A stretch of 64,000 nucleotides of DNA from Cyanophora paradoxa CCMP329 (lineage: Eukaryota > Plantae > Glaucophyta). A model generated the notes under the pieces. It saw nothing but the letters and a program-made list of their open reading frames with translations. It did not search any database and was not told the DNA's origin. Numbering within the stretch: the first letter of the stretch is position 1; every line of letters starts with the position of its first letter. Made by a program: the position numbers and the translations under genes. Location of the stretch: assembly GCA_004431415.1 (NCBI GenBank), contig QPMI01000099.1:124001-188000 (forward strand). The letters are read 5' to 3'. Below are positions 36,855-47,931 of the stretch, one piece after another.

Positions 36855-37114
36855 AGACCGGCGCGTTTGGGGGCCCGCCTCAATTCACTGCTATATCTTT
36901 TGCAAGATCGCTTGGTCTAGACGTTAGATATTACCTAGCGGTTGCTGGATGGAGGGGAGGTAGACCAGAGGGAGAGGAGGGCAGTAGACATAGCGGAGGG
37001 GTGGAAGAGAATGAGGGCTGGGAAGGCGCTGGAGTGGGTGAGTGAGGGGTGGGTTTGGGGGTTGAGGGTGGCAAAGAGGGCGGGCCCACCCCGATGGGGG
37101 TACTCTCATTTTTT
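36855..37114 (-). repeat. Right terminal inverted repeat of the virus
   Basis: Reverse complement of 25889-26150. Confidence 0.95.
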
Positions 37115-37214
37115 AGCTTAAGATCTCCACCCCCAACTCAAGCAACTGTAATTAAAGATTAGATCATTGCAGCCAGCCGCCGATCGCAAAGTGGGGACGC
37201 CAGGAGCTCTGACG
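37115..37214. repeat. Satellite array, terminal block D
   Basis: AGCTTAAGATCTCCACCCCC...GCCAGGAGCTCTGACG continues the interrupted unit, then the array ends. Confidence 0.93.
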
Positions 37215-38655
37215 TTAACGTTGCAGCGCCAGAAGCGTTGCGGCCGGAAACTCTTAATTATAAGCGACACTGTGACATGTACAGATCCGGATCCGCGGCG
37301 CTAGCTCATCTGCGGCCAGTTCGATCAGAAGTCGGTGGCAAACAGGGCGCCCTGCCCGCTCGCAGCTCACCAGGCCAGGCAAGCGAGATATGCCAGAAAA
37401 CGCGGCCGGCGAACTCGAGGGTGACAGATCTAGAGCGCTAGCTGAGCTCATCTGCGGGCTATAGCTAGCTAATTATAATCTGCGGCCAGTTCGATCAGAA
37501 TTCGAAGTCGACAACGAACAGGGCGCCCTGCCGGCGCGCGGCTCACCTGGCCAGGCAAGCGAGATCGATATCTTCCGAACGCCACGCGTACGCTGCCCGC
37601 GGCCGAAGGCAGTTAACGTTCGATCGGCAGTTCGATCGGCAGTTCGATCGGCAGTTCGATCGATATCAGAAGTCGGTGGCGAATCGAACAGGCAAAGGCT
37701 AGGCCAAAACAGCGGCCGGCCGCGGCGGAGCGGCTAGTTGTAACAGGTAAGCAGTAGGCTAGAGCAGCGGCCGGCTGGAACGGAGCGCGGCCGGCGGAAC
37801 GGAGAGTGTACATGTTTAGCAGGCCAAAGCAGTGGCCGCGGCCGGCGGCGCGGAGCGTCTTAAGCAGGCCGAATCAAACAAAAGCAGGCTGCGAGGCCAC
37901 CGGCCTATGACATTGGCGCACCTGCGAACTTGCGTCGAGCCGATCGAAAGGATGGTGGAGAGTTGGAAAGGGGTACAGGATCACTGCTAAACGACCGTGG
38001 GCCACGGTCGTTCGGCAGACATGGGTACCGGATGACCAACTCAGTGTGACTTGGCAACGCGTAGGCAGGCTAGTACGTATACGGTTAAATGACAAAGAGT
38101 TAAACTGAGCTCGAGCGTTCAAGCACAACATACCGCAATTACGGTCATGCACGACATGCATATGCGCACGTTCAAGCACGATATCCGCAAGCTCCCGGAG
38201 CTCCGAATCCTCCGATAGCTATATATAGGAGGCCGACTCAGATGGCTGACTAGTACTGGATATCGATCCGACGCGACGGGCGGCTAGACAACTGAGGGGG
38301 TGACGAGCTTGACACTATAGCTAAGGGCGGCGGGTCAGAGCGGTGGAGACCTAAGGGAGGGGTGGGGCGCTAGCTATAGAGAGTGGCGGCGACTGAGGGT
38401 GGCGGGGAGCTCGAGGGCGGCGGGGCGGAGCAATGAGGGCCTGCCAGGCTGAGACGGGGTGACAAAGGGGACTTTCATAACACAGCGAACAGTACTAGTA
38501 CGTATACTAGTAGCGCTAGCAGGGGAGCATATAGAGTACGGGCGGCTAGACTACTGAGGGGGTGACGATCTTACTGGCCATATTGCATGGTGTGGCCAGC
38601 CAGCAGATCGGTGCATGCGATCAGCCCGCGCGCGGGGCCGGGCCGGGAAGCGGCT

Positions 38656-38996
38656 GCCGATGCTCGAACGATTTATATTGCAATTGCAGTGGCACTGAAT
38701 GCAGCTGCAGGGTCGGCTGACGCTCTCACTGAGTCACTTCCGAACCCAAGCCACTTGAATAAAGAATCCGATCCGTGCAGCTGCAGGCGCGCGGCCGGCT
38801 GCTGATTGCGACACAGGGACGGCCGACGCTCCAACGATTTAAATATATTGCAACTTGGCAAATGCATGCAGTTGCACTGAATGCAGGGTCGGCTGAAGCT
38901 TAAGATCTCCACCCCCAACTCAAGCAACTGTAATTAAAGATTAGATCATTGCAGCCGGCCGCCGATCGCAAAGTGGGGACGCCAGGAGCTCTGACG
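38656..38996. repeat. Isolated degenerate satellite copy
   Basis: About 2.5 monomers carrying several short palindromic insertions; ends at the same junction as block D. Confidence 0.9.
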
Positions 38997-40702
38997 TTAA
39001 CGTTGACAGTGACTTGACAGTACTATACCGTGCCACACTAAATTAACAGCCCGTTTATTAACAGGTTATAAAATCCGGCCCTCCCTTATAATTAGGCGAA
39101 ATAACAGACTCTGAGAGTCCCAAATTAACAGACTGTGAAAATTCGGGCTTGTATATGGCCGGGGCGGTAATATTGAGGGGTAGGTTGTATAATATTGAGG
39201 GGTAGGTTGTATATGGGTCGACTGAACGGCGGGAGTCCGGATCCGGGACCGGGCTGGGACCGTCTACTAGCTACTACTAGCTAGTACTATACGGCGGCTA
39301 GCACTAATCTACCCGGTAGCTTGCCGGCTACACGCTGACGAAGGCGCACTATAGCTATATAGCTAGCCGGCTCGTATCTCGTAGCGGGTGATCATGAAAA
39401 GTTATCGCGATCGCGATCGCCGACTACGTACGTATACGTATACGTATATATACCCTTAAGCTTGCACATTAACGTTAATTATAACGGCATTATCGCGCGT
39501 TGACGTCGGGTAATCGATCCGGCAACGTTAACCGTTGAACGTTACGTTAACAAGAAACGATCGATATATTATATATATAATTAGGGGAATATCGATCGAT
39601 CACCGCGTTTGTTAATTTAACGGTGATATATATAATTTTTTTTAATTAACAAGAAACGATCGATATATTAGCTACAGGGGAATATCATGCATGCATGCAC
39701 CGCGTTTGTTAAATTAACGGTGATATATAATTAATATATATCGCGGTGAATATATAATGTTAACTTGAATGAAGAACTCCCTAATTATAATTAATATATA
39801 TCGCGATATATATAGCTATACAAACATACAACAAGGGGTACAGACATACAAGGGGGGGTACACATTACATCAGGTCGCGATCGCCGATCGCGAAAACCTC
39901 CATCCTAGCTCAGGGCCGATGTGGAAGCACGCTCAGCGCACTTGTTAACATCCATAGAAGATATATCCAAGGCCTTACTATCGATTGCGAGCGCCCGGTC
40001 GCGACGGCCAGCACACCGCACACCGGCGCACAGACGCTTGCCCACACGCAAGCACCAAGTCAGCTAAGACCCGGCTAGGACCCAGTTACGGAGCTTTTAC
40101 GAAACCACGTACCCCGGCAGAATCTCGTTTCAATCGTACGTCCTTACGGAGATTTTAACAATCGGTACTGCAGTTACCGGAGCTTTTATCAATCGGGGAT
40201 CACGACAGCTCGAAAGTCCGACAGGTACTTCTTAAACACTATTGGATGGAAGCAGGTACTACTCGATTTACGGGTCACGAGTCGGCAGTATAGCCTCTGG
40301 TCTCTTCTTCCCTTCGGTCAGAATTGAGACCCGAGGCTGATGTATACGCACAAATCACGACCGCGATTCGCGAATCGCGAATCGCGATTCGGCAAGCTTA
40401 AGGTATCCGATGGGACCGATGATCAGTACTACGGTACTAGCATGTACGGTACACTGTCACAGTGTATACAGCTGCAGCCTGCAGCTGCATGCAGCCAGGC
40501 AGCAGCCTGCAGCCTGCAGCCTGCGGGCTGCAGACTTCACTGCGGCAGCTGAACGTGTACGTACTGTAGAACAAGTTAATTTAGTACAGTTCTAAAGTTC
40601 TACAGTATACAGCTGAGTATATACGTAGTACCGTACGGCCCGGACGGTACGGGTCCGTAGGACTCCGTACGGACCGGTACGGTCCGGGTCCGTGCCTACG
40701 AA

Positions 40703-41486
40703 TAAGGCGCGCATATGACTGTTTCAACGGTTTGTGTTCTCATATGCGGTATCAACCGTATCATACGCGCACTGACAGACTCTGAGATCGGCCCGGCGGC
40801 CGGGCAGGCAGCCTGCAGCTCAGGCTGCAGGCTGCAGCCTGCAGACTGCAGACTCTGAGACTGCAGACTCTGAGACTGCAGTATACCGAGTAACACTTGA
40901 TTAATGCGCCAGAAATTAATGCGTTTTTGGACCCCGACCCCTACGATGGATATTAATGCGGTACCGAATTAATGCGTTTTGAAGCCTTTTGGCTGCTGTA
41001 AGGGGGTGCCGCAGTGCATACGGCAGTTTCTTAGCGTTTCGATATTAATGCGGTCCCTAATTAATGCGTTTTGCCAGCGGAAAACGCATTAACTTAGTAA
41101 TTTGGGACCGCATTACTTAAGTGCGCGCATTACTTAAGTGTTACACGGTACTGTATACGGTATACCGTACGGGTCCGTAGCCTAGTAGGACTCCGTACCT
41201 ACGTATAACTTAGTAAGCCTTGAAGGCGCGCATATGACTGTTTGTGTTCTCATATGCGGTATCATACGCGCACTGACAGATCGGCCCGGCGGCCGGGCTG
41301 CCGGGGCAGGCAGCCTAGGCCTGCAGGCTGCAGACTGCAGACTGCAGTATATATAATATATACTGTATACGGTATACCGTACGGGTCCGTAGGACTCCGT
41401 AGTGAGTCCATACCTACGTATAAGCCTTGAAGGCGCGCATATGACTGTTTGTGTTCTCATATGCGGTATCATACGCGCACTGACAT
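40703..41486. repeat. Three copies of a ~60-80-bp motif (AAGGCGCGCATATGACTGTTT...CATACGCGCACTGACA)
   Basis: Copies start near 40704, 41223 and 41429; the first is separated from the others by the MITE. Confidence 0.85.
40886..41148. mobile_element. MITE of Tc1/mariner-pogo type
   Basis: TA-flanked 24-bp TIRs CCGAGTAACACTTGATTAATGCGC / GCGCATTACTTAAGTGTTACACGG (3 mismatches). Six forward TTAATGCG and three reverse CGCATTA internal motifs. Confidence 0.75.
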
Positions 41487-42999
41487 ACGGGACGGGCCAA
41501 TAGAAACTGGACGTCGACCTCGAGGCCCGGAGTCGAGGGCGAGTCGACTCGGCGAGGCTCAGCCCGCGCGCGGCCGGCGGGGCCGGCCGCCGGCGCCGGC
41601 GGGGCATGGCTCATGATCTCCGAGCTCCTCGGATTCTCCTGGGCTAGTACTACGAGCGCCCGGGCCGGCCCGGCGCCGCGGCGCGGCGCACCCGCTCATG
41701 ATCTCGAGCCGCTGAGCTCGCTGGCACTCAAGCTGCCGCAATGCAGCTGGCCATGGGCGCCGGCGCCCGGCGGACTCGGGGAGCCCGAGTGGGCGCGCGC
41801 GCACTTGCGGTTAGGTCAGCTGCAGTCAGCCAACGTTAACATCTGCAACCGTTCCTCCGAGGGCTCAGGCCTCATGATCATGATCAACACGCGCATTCCG
41901 AAGTTCATATGCGCGTGAGCGACTCGGCGAGCGCCGCGGCGCATGCGCAGGAGATCTAGACCTAGCCATAGCAATAGGGCCTAATCAAGATCATGACTCA
42001 TGATTCATGACTCAATTCGATCGCGAAGCCCGGCGCCGGGCCGGCGGTACCTACTACGTATACTGCCGCCCCCGGCGGTCTTTCAGAATTCCCGCCGCCG
42101 ATTTCCCGGAACTTCGGCGAAGGGCCGCGGGCCGGAACGTGAACTTCGGAATCCCGGCCGACCCGGCGGAGACTTCCGGATCCAGGTTCTCGAATTAAAT
42201 ATTCACTCGACGCGCGCGTGCGTCAACGTATATATAAACGTCTACACACATGCAAGCTGAGATCCACTAGTACTACGTATACGCGGCTAGCTATAGCTAT
42301 ACTACCGGTAGAAGTGTGGGTTACATCAACTTACATGTACAAATACAGACTTGCAGCCTTGGTTACAGGCCGCCGGGCCGGGCAAGCCCTTTAAACAGAA
42401 CCCCAAGTAGGGCCCGGGGCATGAACACGCCCACATGCAATAACCAAATCGGCCTTGGGGAAAGGAGAGGCCTATATTTGTCTCCAACCGTATACAGGTA
42501 ACGTACATGCATATGTACGTATACAGCCTTACAGGCCACCAGGCAAGCCCTTTCGACAAAACCCCCAAGTTGGGCCCCAACACCCCACAAGCATCATCCA
42601 AATTTGTCTCCAAGCCAATACTACGTTCGATGTTTTCCATCTCACGACAGCGCTGACCTAACTACAAGCGGATCTAGACAGATGCAGAAGGCACTACTTC
42701 GCTAAATAGCTTAATCCAATTTTCGACATTCCTGCTATATATAGATTTATAGAAAGGAGCTGTTTCGAATTTTAATTGCTTGCGCGGGACACTCGTTCGA
42801 AATCTCCCTTGGCTGCAGCACGCGCCCCGCCCAATACCCCGCCCCCGCCCTCCCGCCCCGACCCGCCCTACCGCGTCACGCGTCCGTACGTCGAGGGACT
42901 TGGGGCTAGCGACGGTAGAGGAGGGGGTACCGTTTAGAGGAGAGAAAGGAAAGCGAAGACGAGGGAAAGCGGGGTGGGGGCTATAACGGGCGGGCCGGC

Positions 43000-45900
43000 C
43001 TAGTACCGAGCCCGCCTCCGCTTCGACTTGCGGCCCTGCGCAACCGAAAGCTGGCCTCAGGCCCGGGGTACGGGAAAGCCGCAAGCGCCAACGGCGTACC
43101 CCGTCGCCCTCGGCGTCGGATCCCTCCCCCTTGACCTCCGATTTGATCTCCGATTTGATCTCAGCCTTGACATCGGGGGGGTACGCGTCCTCCTCGGCCT
43201 TCGACTCTTGCTTTGGAAGGGGCGACTTTCGGTCCTCGTCCTCTGCTTGCTGGGCGTGAGCGGAAGGGGAAAGAGTCCGCGGGGGGTACGCCGCGCACCG
43301 GCGGGGGGACCGGGGGTATACGGCTCGTCCAACGGGAACGGAAGGGCGGAGGGCGGCCGCGCGGGCGCCGCAGGCATCGGTCCCGAAGGGACGCACTTCC
43401 GATGCACGATGGGCCCTTCGGAAGGGGGGTACGGTGTCAGTCCAATGGTCGGATGTGGCGAGGGGGTGGAGGGGGGGGGGGATACCGCGTGGGGCGTTGG
43501 GGGCCGCCGTCGGGTCCAGAGGGCCGGTCCGGTCCACCGACAGGTACAGAGCGGAGGGGTACATCCAAACCTGGCCGGGGGCGCGTCGGACAGGCAGGAG
43601 GGGCGTAGGATTGCCGGGGGGTACGGCGCGCACTTCGTTCGCCTCGTCCCACACAGTCTCGAAGCGCTCCCCGCAGATCGCGCAGGCCTCCTGCAGGGGG
43701 TACAGACGCTCAGGAAAAAAGGAAGAAGAAAGGTGGCCGGGTCCGATTCGAACCTGCGACTCGTCGGCGGGTACGCTGGGCTCGGGCTCCTGAGGGGCCT
43801 CGCCGGCGCCTTCCCCCCCCTTGTCGCCCTCCCCCCCCTCGAAGAAGACAGAGGCCACTGCGGCGCGGGCGGGGTCAGGGGAGGGGTGGTCCGAGTTGGA
43901 CAAGGCCAGGGAGAGGAGGGAGGAATCGCGTACCCTGCTTGTCGCCGCGCCGCGCCTCCCGCCATTCGACCCACTCCGACGCGGGAAGGAAGTACTGACA
44001 AATAATCATCAGCATAGGAGGGGTACAACGCGCGGAGGGGGTAGGGGGTAGCACCTGGCGCGAGAACCGCTTCTCGTCCTTCCGCTGGTGCTCCCGGGTA
44101 CGCATCGCGAAGTGCCAGTCCATATGTTCCTGGGGTACCGGGTCACGGGGGGTACGTGCCGGGGAGGGGAGCGGGGCCGGCGGGGGTACCGTCATCTGGG
44201 CATCCGTGTACATGCGGAAGCCGCACTGGGAGCACTGCCGGGGATACCGCGTCATCGGGGCGCGAAGGGGGGGGGGGGTATGCAGGCGGGGGTACCTGCT
44301 TCGGGATGTCGCGGTACAGCGATGCAACGATCTCCTCCTCGCGGCGCCGCAGCGCGTCGGCTCGGAACTCGACCTAAAAATAGCTCAGCGGGGTACGGGG
44401 GGACTTAGGAAGGAAGGGGTGGCGCACCATGAGAGCGAGCTTGTAGGCGGTGGCGGGGTGTAGGAGGGGCGGGACGCGTCCGGGGCGGGGGCGGGGGCGG
44501 CGGGGGCGGGGGCGGCGGGGGGCGGCGGGGCCATGAGCCCGAGCTGGGCGAGGGACGAGAAAAGGTCGGAGGCGTTCACGTTCGGCCCGAGGCCGGGGCC
44601 GCCGCCGGCGGGGGCGCCGGGGCCCATCGGGGGCATGCCCGGGCTGGGGACGGGGAGGGAGAGCGGGGCAGGCGCGGGGCCTGGGCCGGGCCCGTGGCCT
44701 GGGCCGTGGCCCGGGGCGGGCGCCGGCTGCGTGAGGAGCTCCATCAGAAGCGGCATGGCGTTGCTGGGGTCGAAGTGGCCCGAAAGGAGCGGCCCCGCAA
44801 GGGCCGAGAGGGCCGCCGGGAGCGACGCGCCCGCCCCGGCGCTCTGGAGCGAGGGGAGCAGGTCCGACAGCTGCTGCAACTGCTGCGCCGAGAGGCTGTC
44901 CACCAGCGTCTTTAGTACGCCGAGGGCCTCCCCGGGTACGCCATCCGGGGGCGGCAGCGGGGGCGGGGCGGCCGGCGGGGGCGGCGCGACGGGCAGCGGC
45001 GGCGTCGGAGCCACCGCGGCCATCACGAGCGCCTGCGCCTGCGCCTGCAGCTGCGCCTGTGCCTGAGCCTGCGCCTCCACCAGTGCGATCTGCTGCGCCT
45101 GCAGGAGCTGCGCGGGGGGTACGGGTCGGTTCGAGGCGGGGGGGGGAGGGGGGGGGACGCAGGGGGTACGCGCACCTGGAGCTGCTGGGCCTGCAGCACG
45201 GCCTGCTGCTGCTGCATCTGCATCTGCGCCGCCGCCGCCTTCGGGAGACGAACAAGTCAGAGGACGGGTACGATTCAATCTAAGCTGGAGGGGGGGGGGC
45301 GAACCTGGACGGGGGTAAGGCCGGCCATGAGGCCGGGGCCCAGCGGCCCCGCGGGCCCCGCGGCTCCGAGGGGTCCCGCTGAGAGCGCCCCAGGGCCCAT
45401 GAAACCGGACAGCTGCGGGGCGTGAGCCGGCGGGGGGTACGCGAGCGACGCGGCGAGGAGGGGTACCTGCGCCATGGCGAGCGCGCGGTGCTGTGCGAGC
45501 GCAGCGCCGTCGGAAGCGGAAGAGCCGGCCCCGCGGGAGCGGGGGTGCGCGGGGCTGGAGGGGCCCCTGCGGGAGTGGCCGGAGCGGGGGCCGGAGGACG
45601 CGCCGGGCGGGGGCGGCCCGCGGGAGCGGGAGGAAGAGGAGGAGGCGGAGGAGTGCTGGGCGGAGCGCGGCTGCGCGCGGCAAGAAGGGGCGAGCGAGGA
45701 AAAGGAAAGGAAGTAAGGAACGGGAACGGAGGAAGAAACGCGGAAGTCCGCACCGCTTCGGAGGAGCGGGCCGGGGGAAGATCGGGGGCGCGGCCGTTCG
45801 AGGGCGCCTGCAGGCCCGGACCACCGACCGCGGCTTGCTGCGGCTGCGACGCAGCGACCACCCGAGGGTTCACGTGCACTTCCGAGGCGCCCGGCGGTGG

Positions 45901-46706
45901 GACCCGATTCGGATTGACGATCACAGCGGCCTGCGGCGCACGGCACGCACACGGCAGGCGGATCAACACAGGAAGAGAAGAAGAGCACGCGCGGCCGCAG
46001 CGAGGGGCGGGCGCGCTGACCCCGGTTGTGCCTTTCGCGTCCACCTCGTCGATCTTCTGCTTCGTCTTCTGAAGGATGTCCGAGGAGAAGAGGCGCGGCG
46101 GGAGCTGGCCAGGCTGCGCTGGCTGCGGGTGCTCCCACGTGCCGAGGAGCCTCCGCATCCTGCCGGGCGCGCCGCATCTCACATGAGCCGCGGAGGCGGA
46201 GGGGCGCCGCGGCGGGCGAAGCGCGGCGCATCCGCTCCGGCGGGGAGCGCTTTGAGCGCAACGAGGGGAAGGCGCACTTTTGCCGCGATTCCGCATCAAC
46301 AGACTCGTAGGCTTCCGCGAACAGGTACGGAAGGTGCTTGGAGAACCCGACGACGTAAGGATCGCCGTGGTTCTTGATGATGCAGTCGACAAGGTATAGG
46401 TGGGCGAGCTTCGCGGGCATTGGGCACTGCGGCCGGCGAAGGGGCTCAGGAGCGCGATCCGGGGCGAGCGGGAGGGCGGCGCACGGCTTTCAGGCGCTTC
46501 TCGATGCAATCGACGATGTCACCGTACATGTAAGAGTACTCGTTGGCGAGCAGACTGAGGTTGGTGATGGCGGGACGGCAGTTGTTCTTGAGGCAGTCGG
46601 TGAGCTCATCGAGGTACGCCTGCTTGATGACATCCGCGCGGCCCGTCGCGGCTTCCGCCGCCCGGGCCGGGTTCTGCCACCCGATGCGCGGCTCCGGCTT
46701 CGACAT
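43000..46706 (-). CDS. PCF11: PCF11-like pre-mRNA cleavage/polyadenylation factor, multi-exon
   Basis: N-terminal CID (AYLDELTD..NCRPAITNLSLLA; KLAHLYLVDCIIKN..PYV..F; MRRLLGTW). Pro/Gln-rich middle. C-terminal zinc fingers YPRQCSQCGFR..HMDWHF and CAICGERFE.VWD..WMY..IVHRKC. GT-AG introns. Last exon GRKSKRRRARY*. Confidence 0.92.
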
Positions 46707-46763
46707 TGCACTCGTACCCCCAGCGCGGTCCACCCCCACTTATCCAAAGCAAAGCAGTGCCAG

Positions 46764-47892
46764 ATGGGCGTGCAGAGCGCCGTCGTCGCTGCAGCGACGG
46801 CAGTAGCGACCGCGGCGGTCGCCGCGAAGGTCGCCTGGAGCCTCCACGTGGACCGGACGCGCGCTCGGAGCGTGAAGACCGGCGCGCCGATGCCGGGGCC
46901 GCCTCCAAGCTTCCTTCTGGGGAATGTACCAGAGTGCGTGAGTCTCTTTCTCTCGCCCGTCCAGATCCCGCTCCTGTCAGTCGGAGCCTGGCCATGGATC
47001 TAGATCTCCCGAGCTCCGGTTCGGGGCCGGCAATGCTGGGGGCGGGCTTCCGGGCCGCCGACGCGCTCTATCGCGCCTCTGACGTCCGCTTCAGGCTCCG
47101 TCGCGAGGGCAAGGGCCACCTGTCACAAATCGCGGAGCGCTGGCGGCAGATGTGCGGCCCGCCCGGCCCGCCCCCGAGCGCGCCGCCCGGAGTTCTTCGA
47201 TCAGCGCTGAGTACCGCGCAGGTATGGACCCATCGTACAGGTCTACCTCGCCGGGATCCCCGCCGTTCTCGTCCTGGAGGCGGAGCTCGCTCGTCAGGTC
47301 ATGAATCTCTTCGAGCGGCCGGTGCGCTGGCTCCAAAACCTTCCCGCCACGACAAGCTTCCTCTAGATCTCCTTCTTGACTCTTCGCGCTCTTCGCGCGC
47401 CTCCGCCGCGCAGCGCGTGCTCATCGTCGACTACATCTACAACCAGAAGGGCGTCGCGTTCAGCTCCGGCCAATTCCAGCGCGTGCACCGCAAGGCCGTC
47501 GTGCAGATGATGAACGAAGCGCTATACCGCAGCGTGGCGCGCCCGCCCGCCCGCCCGCCCGCCCGCCCGCTCGCCCGCCTCCCGGATCAAATCTTTCGAA
47601 TTTGATCCGCGCGCCAGGCCGAGAAGGCAGTCTACTCGACGGAGCGGCTCCTCTTCCCCGCCTTTGATGTGCGCACCGGTACCGGGCACCCGCCGCCCCG
47701 CGCCCCGTTCGATCCGGCGGCGGGGGCGGCGGCGGGGCGGGCAGAGGGCGTGCGAGGCCGGGGGGGTCTTCGACGGCCGCGCCGCGATCGTCCAGGTGCG
47801 CCGCTGTCTCCGAGCTACCGCCTGGCCGCTCCCGTCTGGAGCGCCGAAGCGCTCTTTCTTTTGGCCTCGGGCGAGCGCTTCAGCGCCCTCCC

Positions 47893-47931
<39 letters not shown>

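Larger units (their letters stand above)
25889..37114. mobile_element. Endogenous Polinton-like / Maverick-type virus (~11.2 kb)
   Basis: ~260-bp terminal inverted repeats. TSD AGCTTA(A) at 25882-25888 and 37115-37121. Intronless, densely packed ORFs for pPolB, integrase, packaging ATPase and capsid-like proteins. GC is visibly lower than in the host genes. The satellite resumes in register. Confidence 0.95.

Noticed and set aside
47895-47929. Long C run (and the G run at ~60917-60948) as functional elements
   Set aside because: They are intronic or upstream homopolymers whose lengths are unreliable in assemblies, with no further support.
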